Positions 1 through 10,487 of a DNA stretch of 64,000 nucleotides are shown in pieces. Position numbers and translations under genes: made by a program. Below the pieces are notes generated by a model. That model saw only the letters and a program-made list of their open reading frames with translations, was not told the DNA's origin and did not search any database. The stretch covers positions 96,001 through 160,000 of the forward strand of contig JAUVNS010000007.1 in the NCBI GenBank assembly GCA_030599585.1. Reading direction: 5' to 3'. Within the stretch, counting starts at the first letter, position 1; every line of letters begins with the position of its first letter. This DNA is from Promethearchaeota archaeon. Lineage in GTDB: Archaea > Asgardarchaeota > Lokiarchaeia > Sigyniarchaeales > SOKP01.

Positions 1-2
1 TT

Positions 3-146
3 GAAAAGGATATAGCAAAAGTTGATAAAAAGTTAGACGACTTAGCTTTTGATTATAACGACTTAAAAACTGACATGAACAAGAGGAATTTAGCTAAATT
101 TTATACCAATTTAGATGCGTTTGCAATTATTCGATTTTCGGAGTAA
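3..146 (+). CDS. 3' end of a CDS entering from the left edge (…NLDAFAIIRFSE*), function unknown
   Basis: Frame 3 is open from nt 3 to TAA at 144-146. Confidence 0.6.
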   Translation, partial: EKDIAKVDKKLDDLAFDYNDLKTDMNKRNLAKFYTNLDAFAIIRFSE

Positions 147-251
147 CTGAAACTAACTTTTCTGGCTTAACTCGATTATGAGACGAGCAAGAAATGTATT
201 TAAATGAATTTCAATATTACTTACTATTGATAATTTCCCGCTCTAAAAATT

Positions 252-1130
252 ATGAAAATAAGTAGTCAATATATCAACACTCCTTTAAAGGATTATAATG
301 TCCAGGTTGATTGGCGGAGCATTATGAATTACGCCGCCTCTATAAATGATGATAATCCAAATTATTTTAATGATGAGAGCGAAAATGGCATAATCGCCCA
401 TCCTATGTTCCCTGTGGCGGTTACTTGGCCAATTATGGAAAATTTATCGAATTATATTAATTCAGAAAACTTTCCTATAAGAGTATTTGCAACGGTTGTC
501 CACTATTACGAACACTTAAAAATTTATCGTTTAATTAAACCTAATGACGAGATTAAAATTAACGGTAAAATTATAGCTATTTTACCTCATAGAGCTGGAA
601 CTCATGTTGCACTTCGACTAGATGCTACAGATAAAAACAATAATCTCATATTCACTGAATACAACGGTGGAATGTTAAGAGGCGTAAAATGCTTGGGAGG
701 TGGTAAAGGAGAAGAATCACTTCCTACACGCACAATCCTTAAAAGCGACGATGAACCTGTTTGGAAGAAAAGTGTATATATTGATAAATTAAGATCTTTC
801 TTGTATGATGGCTGTACTGACATAGTTTTCCCTATTCACACCTCTAAAAAATTTGCTCACTTTGTTGGGCTGCCAGATATTATCTTGCAAGGTACCGCAA
901 CATTAGCTTTTGCTGTTAAAGAAATTATTAATATCGAATCAGAAGGAGACCCAAATAGAGTGCGAGAGATTGCGTGTAATTTCTCAGGCATGGTCTATCC
1001 TGATTCAAACATATCGATTCAGGTGAAAAAGAAGAAAGAAAGTGGAAGCAAGAAAGAAATCTTCTTTGAGGTTTATAATCATGAAAATCAAAAAGCGATA
1101 AGGAACGGTTATATCTTATTAAAGAAATGA
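252..1130 (+). CDS. MaoC-family double hot-dog (R)-enoyl-CoA hydratase
   Basis: N-terminal MaoC_N-like region (YAASINDDNP..IIAHPMF) and hydratase-2-like motif DIVFPIH..A..VGL..IILQG. Confidence 0.8.
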   Translation: MKISSQYINTPLKDYNVQVDWRSIMNYAASINDDNPNYFNDESENGIIAHPMFPVAVTWPIMENLSNYINSENFPIRVFATVVHYYEHLKIYRLIKPNDEIKINGKIIAILPHRAGTHVALRLDATDKNNNLIFTEYNGGMLRGVKCLGGGKGEESLPTRTILKSDDEPVWKKSVYIDKLRSFLYDGCTDIVFPIHTSKKFAHFVGLPDIILQGTATLAFAVKEIINIESEGDPNRVREIACNFSGMVYPDSNISIQVKKKKESGSKKEIFFEVYNHENQKAIRNGYILLKK

Positions 1131-1182
1131 ATATTACTGATACAAATCAATGCCATAATTAATTTGAAATTAAAAGGATATC

Positions 1183-2415
1183 ATGAAATCTTTTTCCTTA
1201 TTAATCAAACCCGCCTCAGCTGATTGTAATCTAAGATGTAAATATTGTTTTTATATAGATCATCTTGAAAATGGAGACAATAATCCTCGAATGACTGTTG
1301 AGACATTAGAAATCATGATAAAAAGCTATATGAGTACGGATCAGAACAAACAATACGCTTTTGGTTGGCAAGGTGGAGAACCTACTTTGATGGGTCCAGA
1401 TTTCTTTAAGAAAGTTGTCGAATTCCAACTGAAATACGCTCCACCAGGTTCTTCAATTAGTAATGGAATTCAAACTAACGCAACAATGATTACAGAAGAG
1501 TTAGCCAAGTTTTTTGGAGAATACAAATTTCTCCTTGGTGTAAGCTTGGATGGACCAGAATATCTTCATGACTACTACAGGAAAACCATTGGCCAGAAGC
1601 CTAGTCATGCGCTAGTGATGCGTGGTATAGAGCGTCTCAAGCAAAATGGTGTTGAATTTAATATTTTAACTTTAATTAACAATCAGACAGTAAAAAAAGC
1701 TAAAGAAATTTATCGTTACTTTTGCGATAATGGTTATTATTTCCATCAATATATCCCCTGTGTCGAATTTGATGAAAATGGTAGTCTTAGACCATTTTCT
1801 ATCACCGGAGAAGAGTGGGGGGTGTTTCTATCCGATCTATTCGATGAGTGGATAAAGGAGGATGTAAATAAGGTTTCTATCCGTTTGTTTGACTCTATTA
1901 TGGAATATCTAATTTATGGGAGATACAATGTTTGTTATATGCAAGATAACTGTGTTCAATATTTTGTGGTAGAATATGATGGTGGGGTTTATCCATGTGA
2001 TTTCTTTGTCAAGAACAATCTATTATTAGGAAATATTAATAATAACTCATGGGAAGAACTTTATAATTCTCGAACCTATCACAATTTTGGAAATCAAAAA
2101 TCAAAGTGGAATGATGAGTGTAATTTATGCCCGTATCTTAATTTATGTCATGGAGATTGCCAAAAATTTCGCTATGGAGCACCAAAGCATTCTAAGCAAT
2201 TAAGTAATCTATGTCAAGGGTGGAAAATTTTTTACACAAGAACGCTTCCTCGTTTTAAAATTATTGCTGATAAGTTTAAGAAAGAAAATAATATCAAAGG
2301 TGCCTACCCATTTAAATTCCCCAAATTTGGGAGAAATGAATTATGTCCTTGTGGCAGTAGTAGAAAATTTAAAAATTGTTGTGGTAATTACTCAGAAGTC
2401 ATTAAAATTAAATAG
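1183..2415 (+). CDS. Anaerobic sulfatase maturase-like radical SAM/SPASM protein with C-terminal SEC-C motif
   Basis: IKPASADCNLRCKYCFY, WQGGEPTL, YPCDFFV, SPASM cysteines, GRNELCPCGSSRKFKNCC. Confidence 0.9.
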   Translation: MKSFSLLIKPASADCNLRCKYCFYIDHLENGDNNPRMTVETLEIMIKSYMSTDQNKQYAFGWQGGEPTLMGPDFFKKVVEFQLKYAPPGSSISNGIQTNATMITEELAKFFGEYKFLLGVSLDGPEYLHDYYRKTIGQKPSHALVMRGIERLKQNGVEFNILTLINNQTVKKAKEIYRYFCDNGYYFHQYIPCVEFDENGSLRPFSITGEEWGVFLSDLFDEWIKEDVNKVSIRLFDSIMEYLIYGRYNVCYMQDNCVQYFVVEYDGGVYPCDFFVKNNLLLGNINNNSWEELYNSRTYHNFGNQKSKWNDECNLCPYLNLCHGDCQKFRYGAPKHSKQLSNLCQGWKIFYTRTLPRFKIIADKFKKENNIKGAYPFKFPKFGRNELCPCGSSRKFKNCCGNYSEVIKIK

Positions 2416-2516
2416 TGAATTTTATATTTTCGTTCTAATAACATAAATTAAGGTCTTAACGCAAACTATTTCTGTTATATATCTTTCAGATACCAAATAT
2501 CAAATTAATCATTATA

Positions 2517-3941
2517 GTGAGTACAATCACAACTCCCCGAGAACTGCATGGAAAACGATTATTTGGATATTCTCTTGGAGATTTAGGATTTACTCTTCCT
2601 AATATGTTTACAGAAGTATTTATTTTTCAATACTATGTCTATACTATTAATCTAAATGCACTTTTGGTATCAATTGGAGTCACAGTTCAACTAATCCTCG
2701 GTGCTATCGCTTCCATTATTTTTGGAGTTATTGTAGATAACAAAAAGCCTGGAAAATTAGGAAAAAGACGCCCATTTTTGTTAATCGGCTTACCTGTGTG
2801 GACTATTACAACGATTATGATATGGTTTCCGCCACTTTGCCCCCAGGATAATTCCTTATTCGCCCCTACGGCTATTTTTTTCTGGGGAGTAACTATGATT
2901 CGGACAATCTTTCGAGCACTTATATTCAATGTCCATGCTTCTATGCTCCCTGAACAATCACAAACGCTAAAGAATCGAGAAAAGGTTGCCTCAATGCGAT
3001 CTGCTTTTTCTATTATCGCCTCAATCTTTGCTATGCTCCTTCCTTTAAGCATTCATAGTTTATTAAGTGATCCTACAAATGTCAAATGGTGGGATCCATC
3101 TGGAAAAATCATGTTGTTGTATATTCCTTTAATAGGAATAATCTTTACCGTTTTTGGATTAATTACTGTAATTATAATTTTTATTTCAGTAGATGAAAGC
3201 TTCCATAGTAGAAACTCTAATTTAAACTACGAGAAAACTAAGATTACGGATGCATTTAAACGTATGGGAATTCCTGCAAAAGATAAAAATTTCCTTAAAT
3301 TGATGGTAGCAGGGTTTTTTATAGGTGTTTGCGGAAAAACTGTAGCAGTGTTAGTATTTCCTTTTCAGACTTATTTGATGGAATTTCAATCATCAGAGTT
3401 TTTCATTTATATTCTTATATCCATTTTTGGGAAATTCATATGGTTTTTTGTATGGAAAAGAATTCTTAAAAGAAACCACATCGTTAATTCCTACTCGATT
3501 TGTATTTTGTTAGCTGTCATAGCTTCCTTTTTGGACATATTTTTCTTACTTAATGAGCTTCAATTTGGTATAAAATTGATATTGTATATTGTAACATGGA
3601 GTACAGTTCTTGGGTCCATGTACGCCTATCCTCTGTTTTCGATTCCGATAATGGCTTCACTTGTTCATGAAGCGGCTGGAAATGATAAATCTTCTAACAT
3701 CGATGAGGGAATGGCTAAAATTTCGGGATCTTATTATGGTTTAGAATCATTCGTCCGATCAATGGGTCCTGCTTTTGCTTCTTTGTTTGTAGGAAGCATT
3801 CTTTCTGGTCCGAACGAAGAAAATCCTTATGTACTTATTATTATCTTCTTCTCTCTGGGTGTTTTTTATCTGATCGCATTTGTTTTTGTAAGAAGAATAA
3901 CACTTTCCAAAGAGTTCTATCATAATCAGCAAATCATGTAA
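2517..3941 (+). CDS. MFS transporter, GPH/MelB-like
   Basis: Many TM segments; GKLGKRRPFLL motif. Confidence 0.85.
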   Translation: MSTITTPRELHGKRLFGYSLGDLGFTLPNMFTEVFIFQYYVYTINLNALLVSIGVTVQLILGAIASIIFGVIVDNKKPGKLGKRRPFLLIGLPVWTITTIMIWFPPLCPQDNSLFAPTAIFFWGVTMIRTIFRALIFNVHASMLPEQSQTLKNREKVASMRSAFSIIASIFAMLLPLSIHSLLSDPTNVKWWDPSGKIMLLYIPLIGIIFTVFGLITVIIIFISVDESFHSRNSNLNYEKTKITDAFKRMGIPAKDKNFLKLMVAGFFIGVCGKTVAVLVFPFQTYLMEFQSSEFFIYILISIFGKFIWFFVWKRILKRNHIVNSYSICILLAVIASFLDIFFLLNELQFGIKLILYIVTWSTVLGSMYAYPLFSIPIMASLVHEAAGNDKSSNIDEGMAKISGSYYGLESFVRSMGPAFASLFVGSILSGPNEENPYVLIIIFFSLGVFYLIAFVFVRRITLSKEFYHNQQIM

Positions 3942-4075
3942 AAAGATAGGTTCATAAGAACAACTTTAAAGAGTTTTTTTACTTCTTTTTTCAGTTTGGA
4001 AAATAGATTTATATATTTCAAAATTAAATATATTCACATTAAAACTAATTCAATTATTAAAAAAGGCTATTAAAA

Positions 4076-5836
4076 ATGGCAGTACCTAATTGGAATATTG
4101 ATGATAGTAAACCTTGGTTTAAGAAATACCAAGATGGTGTCCCAAAGCATCCTGAATTTCCGGTTATTAGTTTAGGGGACTGGTTTGATCAAAAAACTGA
4201 AGAATTTGCTAAGAATAAAGCAATATATTTCTCAAAAACATTTATGAATTATAGAGTATTGCGAAAATATACGGATTCTCTCGCTACCTCTTTATCACGT
4301 CAAGGAATAAAAAAAGGGGATGTTGTAGCGATCCTACTTCCAAATTGTTTCCAATTTACAATAGGGTATTTTGCGACTGTTAAATTAGGAGGAATAGTAA
4401 TCCCAATTAATCCTACATATAAACCGCTGGAAATTCTTCATGTACTACAGCAAGTGAAACCCAAAGGATTGATTTGTATGGATGTAATGTATGGCTTGAT
4501 TAAACCTATACAAGAAAAATATAAGTTTGACTTCGTGATTTCGACTTGTATAGTTGATTTAGCTGCGATACCTCCTGCCATTAAAGAACAATTAATTGCA
4601 GACGGAACAATTCCTAAAGGAGAAGTTCCTGGAGCTCTAAACTTTTTAGATGTATGTCAAAAACGGGGTGAAGTTGACATTCCGGAAGTAGATATTGATC
4701 CATTAAATGATCCGGCTGTTTACTTAATGACTGGAGGAACTACAGGAGTTCCCAAACCTGCAATTATCACTCACTACAACGCTGTAACTAATGCGAAGCA
4801 AAATGTTATGTGGATGCCTGATGCTACTCACCCAATAGCATGTGTCGGTATCATACCAATGTTCCATGCTTTTGGAATGACGATTGTTCAAAATGTTGTA
4901 ATAGAAGGAGGAGACTTTAACATACTTTACGCAAAAAGAGAACTTGACTTAAAAGAAGTTGTAGATATGATTATAGAGGTTGGTCCTGAAGGGGGCGTTA
5001 TTCTTCCAGGAGTTGAAAATCTTTTTATTGGTCTAACTCGATACTTAAAAGCAAATCCCGAGCCTAAATTGGAAAAAATGTTTCGTTTGTGTGTTAGTGG
5101 TGCGGGACCGCTTCATAAACCCGTGAAGGATGCATTCGAAGCAGTTAGTAATGGACACCTTGTTGAGGCTTATGGACTTACGGAATGCACAACTGCGGTA
5201 AGTATTGGTCCATTCAACGGAACAGATACCCCAGGCACCATTGGTTTACCATTACCGGGTGTTGAATGGGCTATATTCGATTCAGAGGATTTCAGTAAGG
5301 GACAATTAAAAGGTTATGGAATAGACTTTACTGGAGAAATCTGTGTATGCGGTCCACAAGTAATGAAAGGTTATTTAAATAGACCTGAAGCCACAGCAGA
5401 AACCTTAAAGGAGTATGAAGGGCGAATTTGGTGCTTAACCGGAGACATTGGATACATGGACGAACACGGACAAATGGTTATTCGAGATAGAAAGAAACAG
5501 ATGATAAAATACAAAGGTTATTCCGTTTTTCCAAAGGAGGTAGAAGATTTGTTAGGATCACACCCTGCTGTATTGGAAGTAGCAGTTTCTGGGTTACCTG
5601 ATGTTGAATCGGGAGAACTAGTAAAAGCATGGGTCCAGCTAGAAGACGAAGCAGTGGGTAAAGTTACTTCTGAAGAGTTACTTGCTTGGAGTAAAGAAAA
5701 TATTACGCATTATAAGTGCCCTAAACAAATTGAAATTATCGACGAAATTCCAAAATCTATGGTTGGAAAAGTTCAGAGAAGAGTCTTACAAATTAACGAT
5801 CCTATCTGGAAAGAGAAATACGGAGAAACTCAATAA
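4076..5836 (+). CDS. Long-chain fatty-acid--CoA ligase (AMP-binding)
   Basis: MTGGTTGVPK, EAYGLTE, TGDIG, PKSMVGKV motifs. Confidence 0.9.
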   Translation: MAVPNWNIDDSKPWFKKYQDGVPKHPEFPVISLGDWFDQKTEEFAKNKAIYFSKTFMNYRVLRKYTDSLATSLSRQGIKKGDVVAILLPNCFQFTIGYFATVKLGGIVIPINPTYKPLEILHVLQQVKPKGLICMDVMYGLIKPIQEKYKFDFVISTCIVDLAAIPPAIKEQLIADGTIPKGEVPGALNFLDVCQKRGEVDIPEVDIDPLNDPAVYLMTGGTTGVPKPAIITHYNAVTNAKQNVMWMPDATHPIACVGIIPMFHAFGMTIVQNVVIEGGDFNILYAKRELDLKEVVDMIIEVGPEGGVILPGVENLFIGLTRYLKANPEPKLEKMFRLCVSGAGPLHKPVKDAFEAVSNGHLVEAYGLTECTTAVSIGPFNGTDTPGTIGLPLPGVEWAIFDSEDFSKGQLKGYGIDFTGEICVCGPQVMKGYLNRPEATAETLKEYEGRIWCLTGDIGYMDEHGQMVIRDRKKQMIKYKGYSVFPKEVEDLLGSHPAVLEVAVSGLPDVESGELVKAWVQLEDEAVGKVTSEELLAWSKENITHYKCPKQIEIIDEIPKSMVGKVQRRVLQINDPIWKEKYGETQ

Positions 5837-5892
5837 ACTTCATTTAATTTTTTATTATTATTACTTATATTTTTTAATCCTAAATGTATAAA

Positions 5893-6336
5893 TTATTCTT
5901 TAAGAGTGTAAATTGTGTCACAATGTATATCTCCTGCTGCAACAGTTTTAAGAATCTTGAGTTCGATCTTATCGCTAACCGCTTTGCGAAAATACTCGAG
6001 ATCAATTGCCATCACGGCTTCACATAACGCCCTAGATGTATTTTCAAGCCCAAAAGGGCACATGGTACCTTGAATGTGAAAACATTCATCTGAAATTGAA
6101 ATAATCTTAACAAAATTAGGATCAAAGCTTTTTGAAAAAGCCTGTGCTACTGTTTTTAATTTATTATCTGATACTTTTTTCATTATTTTTAAACCTAAAG
6201 CACGACCTTGTTTTCCACAAACATTTTCTATAACATGTAGCGCTTCCTTTCCGAATTTTTTATAAAATTCTATCATCAATAGACCTTGAGCTTCCATCGG
6301 ATTATTTGGTAACTTTTCTGAATTTTTCTGAACCAT
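5893..6336 (-). CDS. ATC-hydrolase/V4R-like protein
   Basis: CPF..LCEAVMAID..KTVAAGDIHC pattern. Confidence 0.6.
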   Translation of the reverse strand: MVQKNSEKLPNNPMEAQGLLMIEFYKKFGKEALHVIENVCGKQGRALGLKIMKKVSDNKLKTVAQAFSKSFDPNFVKIISISDECFHIQGTMCPFGLENTSRALCEAVMAIDLEYFRKAVSDKIELKILKTVAAGDIHCDTIYTLKE

Positions 6337-6371
6337 TCTCTTATCAACCTTAGTAATTATACTTAAAGCTT

Positions 6372-7184
6372 CTATTGTTTAATAAAATTGTATTTTCTTC
6401 CATAATTTTTAAAGAATTTCGTTCCGCCACCCTCCTGCAGAACTCTAATTGTTGATTCAGAATCGATAATATTCATACCTCCAACGATATCCACTCCTTT
6501 ATCAAATAAAACATCCGGTAGAAAGCTGATGCTTGGTCCGATTAAAACAATTAATTTCGCTTCTTTTTTAAACACAGACAATATCCTCTCAAGCGTATTA
6601 TTGATTAGTGATGTTCCCGTGCAAAATAGAATATCTACTGATAAATCGCTTTCTTTTAAATCTTCGATATCATTTAATATTGGGATATTTTGATAAAATT
6701 TCTTAATCAAAGGATTGTTGTCAATTATGCTAATCATTTTTGTTCTGTTCAAAATCTTTTTTATCACAGGTTTCATGAAACCAATGAAGATTATTTTTGA
6801 ATCTTGCTTTATTTTTAAAAATTCTAATAAATCTCCCTCAACCTTTTTATATGGGGTTTTTACTGCTAAAATATGTTGAGATGCCGCATTTAAAGTTGCG
6901 ATACCGATAATTTTTTCTAAACTGGGAGGTTTATATGACCAACTCATTAACTCCTTAAAAGGCTTATCAGTTAAACTTCCTGCAAAATCAATTTTGGTAC
7001 AATTGGTTGATCGTATAATGTTGGGTAGTGTAGAGGCTAATCCTAAAAAGGGATCGTAAGCTAATGCTTCTAATTCAACGCCCGTATATCCCAACCCAAT
7101 AACTACTTTACTGACTCTTGGTGGTATGATTTTATGATATTTGTAGATATCTAGAACAAGTTTAACGGTGTTTTCTAAGATCAC
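6372..7184 (-). CDS. DUF364 / Rossmann-like putative metal-binding protein
   Basis: IGIATLNA, TGTSLINNTLE, IGPS, GVDIVGG motifs. Confidence 0.8.
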   Translation of the reverse strand: MILENTVKLVLDIYKYHKIIPPRVSKVVIGLGYTGVELEALAYDPFLGLASTLPNIIRSTNCTKIDFAGSLTDKPFKELMSWSYKPPSLEKIIGIATLNAASQHILAVKTPYKKVEGDLLEFLKIKQDSKIIFIGFMKPVIKKILNRTKMISIIDNNPLIKKFYQNIPILNDIEDLKESDLSVDILFCTGTSLINNTLERILSVFKKEAKLIVLIGPSISFLPDVLFDKGVDIVGGMNIIDSESTIRVLQEGGGTKFFKNYGRKYNFIKQ

Positions 7185-7315
7185 AAAATTTCAACCTTAT
7201 ATTCCCTTAATATCTTCCTTTTATTATGGTTAATAATCTTATTGTTTATTAAAACTCTGTTTAAATATGATAGGTAATTATCTAATGTAATATTCCTTTT
7301 TTTAGTGATTACTTT

Positions 7316-7693
7316 ATGGATTACATTGTTATTGAAAATGAGAAAATTGGCCAAATTAAAGCTAAATTACTGGTTGATAAAAATCCTGAAACCTGTAAGG
7401 CAATTTGGGAAAACCTCCCTTTTGAATTGAATTTGTCTAGATGGGGTGAAGAATTATATGGAGAAATCCCCGTCTCAATCGATGAGGAAAATTCACAGGT
7501 TGATTGCGAAGTAGGTGATATTGGATACTGGCCCGATGGAAAAGGGTTTTGTATTTTCTTTGGCCCTACTCCCGCGAGTAAGGACGGCAAACCAAAGGCG
7601 GCATCTCCAGTGAATATCTTTGCCAAAATTGAAGGAGACGCTAAGATATTCAATCAATTTTCTTCATTCAATGGAAATGTATCTAAAGGATAA
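7316..7693 (+). CDS. Cyclophilin-like fold protein (DUF369)
   Basis: RWGEELY, GDIGYWPDG..FCIFFGPTP. Confidence 0.85.
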   Translation: MDYIVIENEKIGQIKAKLLVDKNPETCKAIWENLPFELNLSRWGEELYGEIPVSIDEENSQVDCEVGDIGYWPDGKGFCIFFGPTPASKDGKPKAASPVNIFAKIEGDAKIFNQFSSFNGNVSKG

Positions 7694-7747
7694 TAGATAA
7701 TTACTCTAAATTCAATAAATAACAAATTAATAATAAAGTGAAGACCT

Positions 7748-8989
7748 ATTCATACAACAGCGCCAGATCAAGATAAGAAGTTCGATAAACGCCTCTTAAT
7801 CATTTTCCTGATTCAATTTACTGAGGTTTTAGGGTTTAGCAGTGTGATGCCTATAATCCCCTTTTTAGGGTTATCTTTAGGTTTAGATGCGTTTCAAGTT
7901 GGCTTAATTCTTAGTATTTTTAGCATATGTCAACTTTTCGCGAGTCCTATTACTGGCAAACTTAGTGATAGATACGGAAGAAAACCATTGCTACTATTTA
8001 GTCAATCGAGCACTCTTATAGGATTTCTTCTTCTAGGAATGGCTAATAATGTCTGGATATTAGTTGCAGCTCGCCTTGTAGACGGTCTTCTTGGAAGTAA
8101 TATGACTGTTGCTCAAGCGTATATTAGTGATGTGTCTAATCCAAAAGATCGAACTAAAATATTTGGTTATTCAAGCGCGGTTTTTGGTATTGGGTTAATA
8201 TTTGGCCCCGTAATCGGTGGACTATTATCAACAATCAACTTTTCAGTTCCCATGTTTTTTGCTGCGGGAGTTAGTCTTCTCTCCATAATACTAGTATTAA
8301 TTTTTTTACCCGAATCACTAAATAAAATAGAGAGAGAGAATAAAATCCGCTTTAATTTTGGAGATATAATCCCTATCAAGGAAACTAAGCGATTCTTTAA
8401 AGCGGTTAAAATTCGGGGTACATTAGTAATTTTCTTTATCTATAATTTCGGATTTTTTCTGTTTATTACAACTTTTGCTCTTTTTGCTGAAAAACAAATT
8501 CATGCAACTGTCCAAGAGCTTAGTTTTTATATGGCTTGGATTGGAATTCTTAGGGTTATTTTTCAATTTTTTCTCATCAGTCCATTATTGAAAAAGTTAA
8601 GTGAAAACACAACTCTGAGGATAGGTATTTTTGCTATGATTTTCACAATGGCATTTCTGATTTTTTCCACTAACTACTGGATCGTGTATATTCCGATTTC
8701 CTTTTTAGCTTTTGGAACAGGCGTGGTTCGCCCAATTCTTACAAGTAAATTAACAAAAACTGTTAAAAGAGAGGAAACTGGAATTTTACTAGGTGTAAAT
8801 AACGCGTTAATCAGTATTGGTCAGATTATAACCCCAATTCTTGGTGGGTTAATCTTACTATTTCTACCTCCACAAATGCTTCCATTGTTATCAGCTGTTA
8901 TATTCGCACTTATATTTCTCTTATGGCGATGGGCATTTGTAAAGCCGTTTCAGAGTGAAAAACAGCAATCAGTAGAGTCAAAGGAATAA
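7748..8989 (+). CDS. TetA/DHA1-like MFS transporter; probable start at ATT 7748, upstream of the track's 7844
   Basis: GKLSDRYGRKP motif A; the in-frame upstream stretch encodes TM1 (LLIIFLIQFTEVLGFSSVMP) with no ATG/GTG/TTG after the upstream TGA. Confidence 0.8.
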   Translation: MHTTAPDQDKKFDKRLLIIFLIQFTEVLGFSSVMPIIPFLGLSLGLDAFQVGLILSIFSICQLFASPITGKLSDRYGRKPLLLFSQSSTLIGFLLLGMANNVWILVAARLVDGLLGSNMTVAQAYISDVSNPKDRTKIFGYSSAVFGIGLIFGPVIGGLLSTINFSVPMFFAAGVSLLSIILVLIFLPESLNKIERENKIRFNFGDIIPIKETKRFFKAVKIRGTLVIFFIYNFGFFLFITTFALFAEKQIHATVQELSFYMAWIGILRVIFQFFLISPLLKKLSENTTLRIGIFAMIFTMAFLIFSTNYWIVYIPISFLAFGTGVVRPILTSKLTKTVKREETGILLGVNNALISIGQIITPILGGLILLFLPPQMLPLLSAVIFALIFLLWRWAFVKPFQSEKQQSVESKE

Positions 8990-9126
8990 ATCATTAATTT
9001 GTAATTATTCCATTTTTCTTTTTCAATTCTTTATAATATCACCATAATACCATGGTAATACTGATATATATACATTTAATCGTGAAACTCAGCTTTCACG
9101 AAGATTTTAAAAATAAAAAAAAAAAG

Positions 9127-9684
9127 TTAGATGTCTTTTATGCCTAAAATTCCGCCAACCATCCCTAAACCGCCACCTATAAATAATGTAATTGTACCTA
9201 ACGAAAGAGTGGAATTCAACCAACCTCCCATATCTACTATAGGCACGTCAAGTGGCCACACACCGGGTGCGATAGGTGCGCTAAAGAATAACCCGGAAAA
9301 TCGATTCATGAGCTCTAAATCCCCAATGGCTATGTTACCTGAATATATTATCATCATTATTCCAAAGATTATTGCAATGATCGAGCCAATTATTGCGACA
9401 TACTTGCTTTTCAAACCCACTAATTGTACAACTCCAGAAAGTATGAAAACAAGATATAAAATCGAGAATGCATAGATGAGCATCGTATCTTCGCTGGTAT
9501 ATGCGGGGAATGTAGCTATCCAATAACCTGGATTTCCCCAAATTTCTGGAAGATTAAAAAGAAATCCAATACCCGAAATATGTGTGCGACCGTCAATAGG
9601 GTCTCCATAACTAAAAGAAAACAAGAACGTTGAAACGAGGGTTACAATAGCACTAACAAGAACTATTAATTTTCCAATTTTCAT
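9127..9684 (-). CDS. Hypothetical membrane protein (~4 TM)
   Basis: Hydrophobic segments; no recognised motif. Confidence 0.7.
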   Translation of the reverse strand: MKIGKLIVLVSAIVTLVSTFLFSFSYGDPIDGRTHISGIGFLFNLPEIWGNPGYWIATFPAYTSEDTMLIYAFSILYLVFILSGVVQLVGLKSKYVAIIGSIIAIIFGIMMIIYSGNIAIGDLELMNRFSGLFFSAPIAPGVWPLDVPIVDMGGWLNSTLSLGTITLFIGGGLGMVGGILGIKDI

Positions 9685-9782
9685 AAATTTTCACATTTTT
9701 TTTAGAATTTTACTACATTTTTATTTATTATAACAAATTTGTTAAATACCATTTATCTTAGATCTTATATAATAGTATGTTC

Positions 9783-9896
9783 TGAACACCCAGATCAAAA
9801 TTGTGTGCACAACAATTCCATAAAAATATGTTTCAGATTGAAACTTTTTAGTGTTTCCAAGTAGTGAATTTAAACTCCCTCAATCCGAGAAAAATT
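9783..9896. repeat. Copy 1 of a duplicated upstream module containing palindrome GTTTCA-GAT-TGAAAC (9830-9844)
   Basis: Ungapped alignment to 12531-12644; about 72/94 identical over 9783-9876 by hand count. Confidence 0.85.
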
Positions 9897-9923
9897 TTCA
9901 AAATTAATTCGTTATGTTTCCAA

Positions 9924-10487
9924 TTAAGTAGGTTTTCGTTCCCAAATTTTTATAGATTCAAAAATAAATACAACCGTGCAAAAAATTATAAAAAACAGAA
10001 AAAGTAGACTCGCTGGATTGCTAATAAACGAATCACCATATATCCTCGCAAGAAAAACATATCCTACAACACCCAGAATGTTAATAACTAAGTATAAAGA
10101 AAATCGGGGAATCATAAAAGGTCCTAACCGAAAATAAAATCCTAACACACCCTTTTTTTCACCTTTCTTCACGTAATATTTACCATCTTTATCGTTTTTA
10201 GAAATAATCCCTGCCTTCAATAATTTATTTAATTGATAAGAAACCGTTCCGGAAGACACCATTTTTAATGCTTTCTGAATTTCCCTTACTCCCGCGCGAT
10301 TGTGAGTCAAAATATACCAATACACTTGGAGTGTCTTACCTTGCAATACTTTTTCCCGATTTGGCTTAAGATTTTCTGCTTCTATATCTGGATCTGACAT
10401 TACACGCAAGGTTTCATTTTTTGATTTCGAGATTATAGATGTTAATTCAAGTCCTTCCTTTTTATATTTTATTCTTCCAGGTGTCAT
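9924..10487 (-). CDS. Winged-helix DNA-binding protein with two C-terminal TM helices
   Basis: GVREIQKALKMVSSGTVSYQLNKL HTH followed by hydrophobic helices. Confidence 0.75.
   Translation of the reverse strand: MTPGRIKYKKEGLELTSIISKSKNETLRVMSDPDIEAENLKPNREKVLQGKTLQVYWYILTHNRAGVREIQKALKMVSSGTVSYQLNKLLKAGIISKNDKDGKYYVKKGEKKGVLGFYFRLGPFMIPRFSLYLVINILGVVGYVFLARIYGDSFISNPASLLFLFFIIFCTVVFIFESIKIWERKPT

Noticed and set aside
9080-9101. TCGTGAAA-N6-TTTCACGA inverted repeat as a recombinase site
   Set aside because: Single copy between convergent genes with no integrase; a terminator-type hairpin is equally likely
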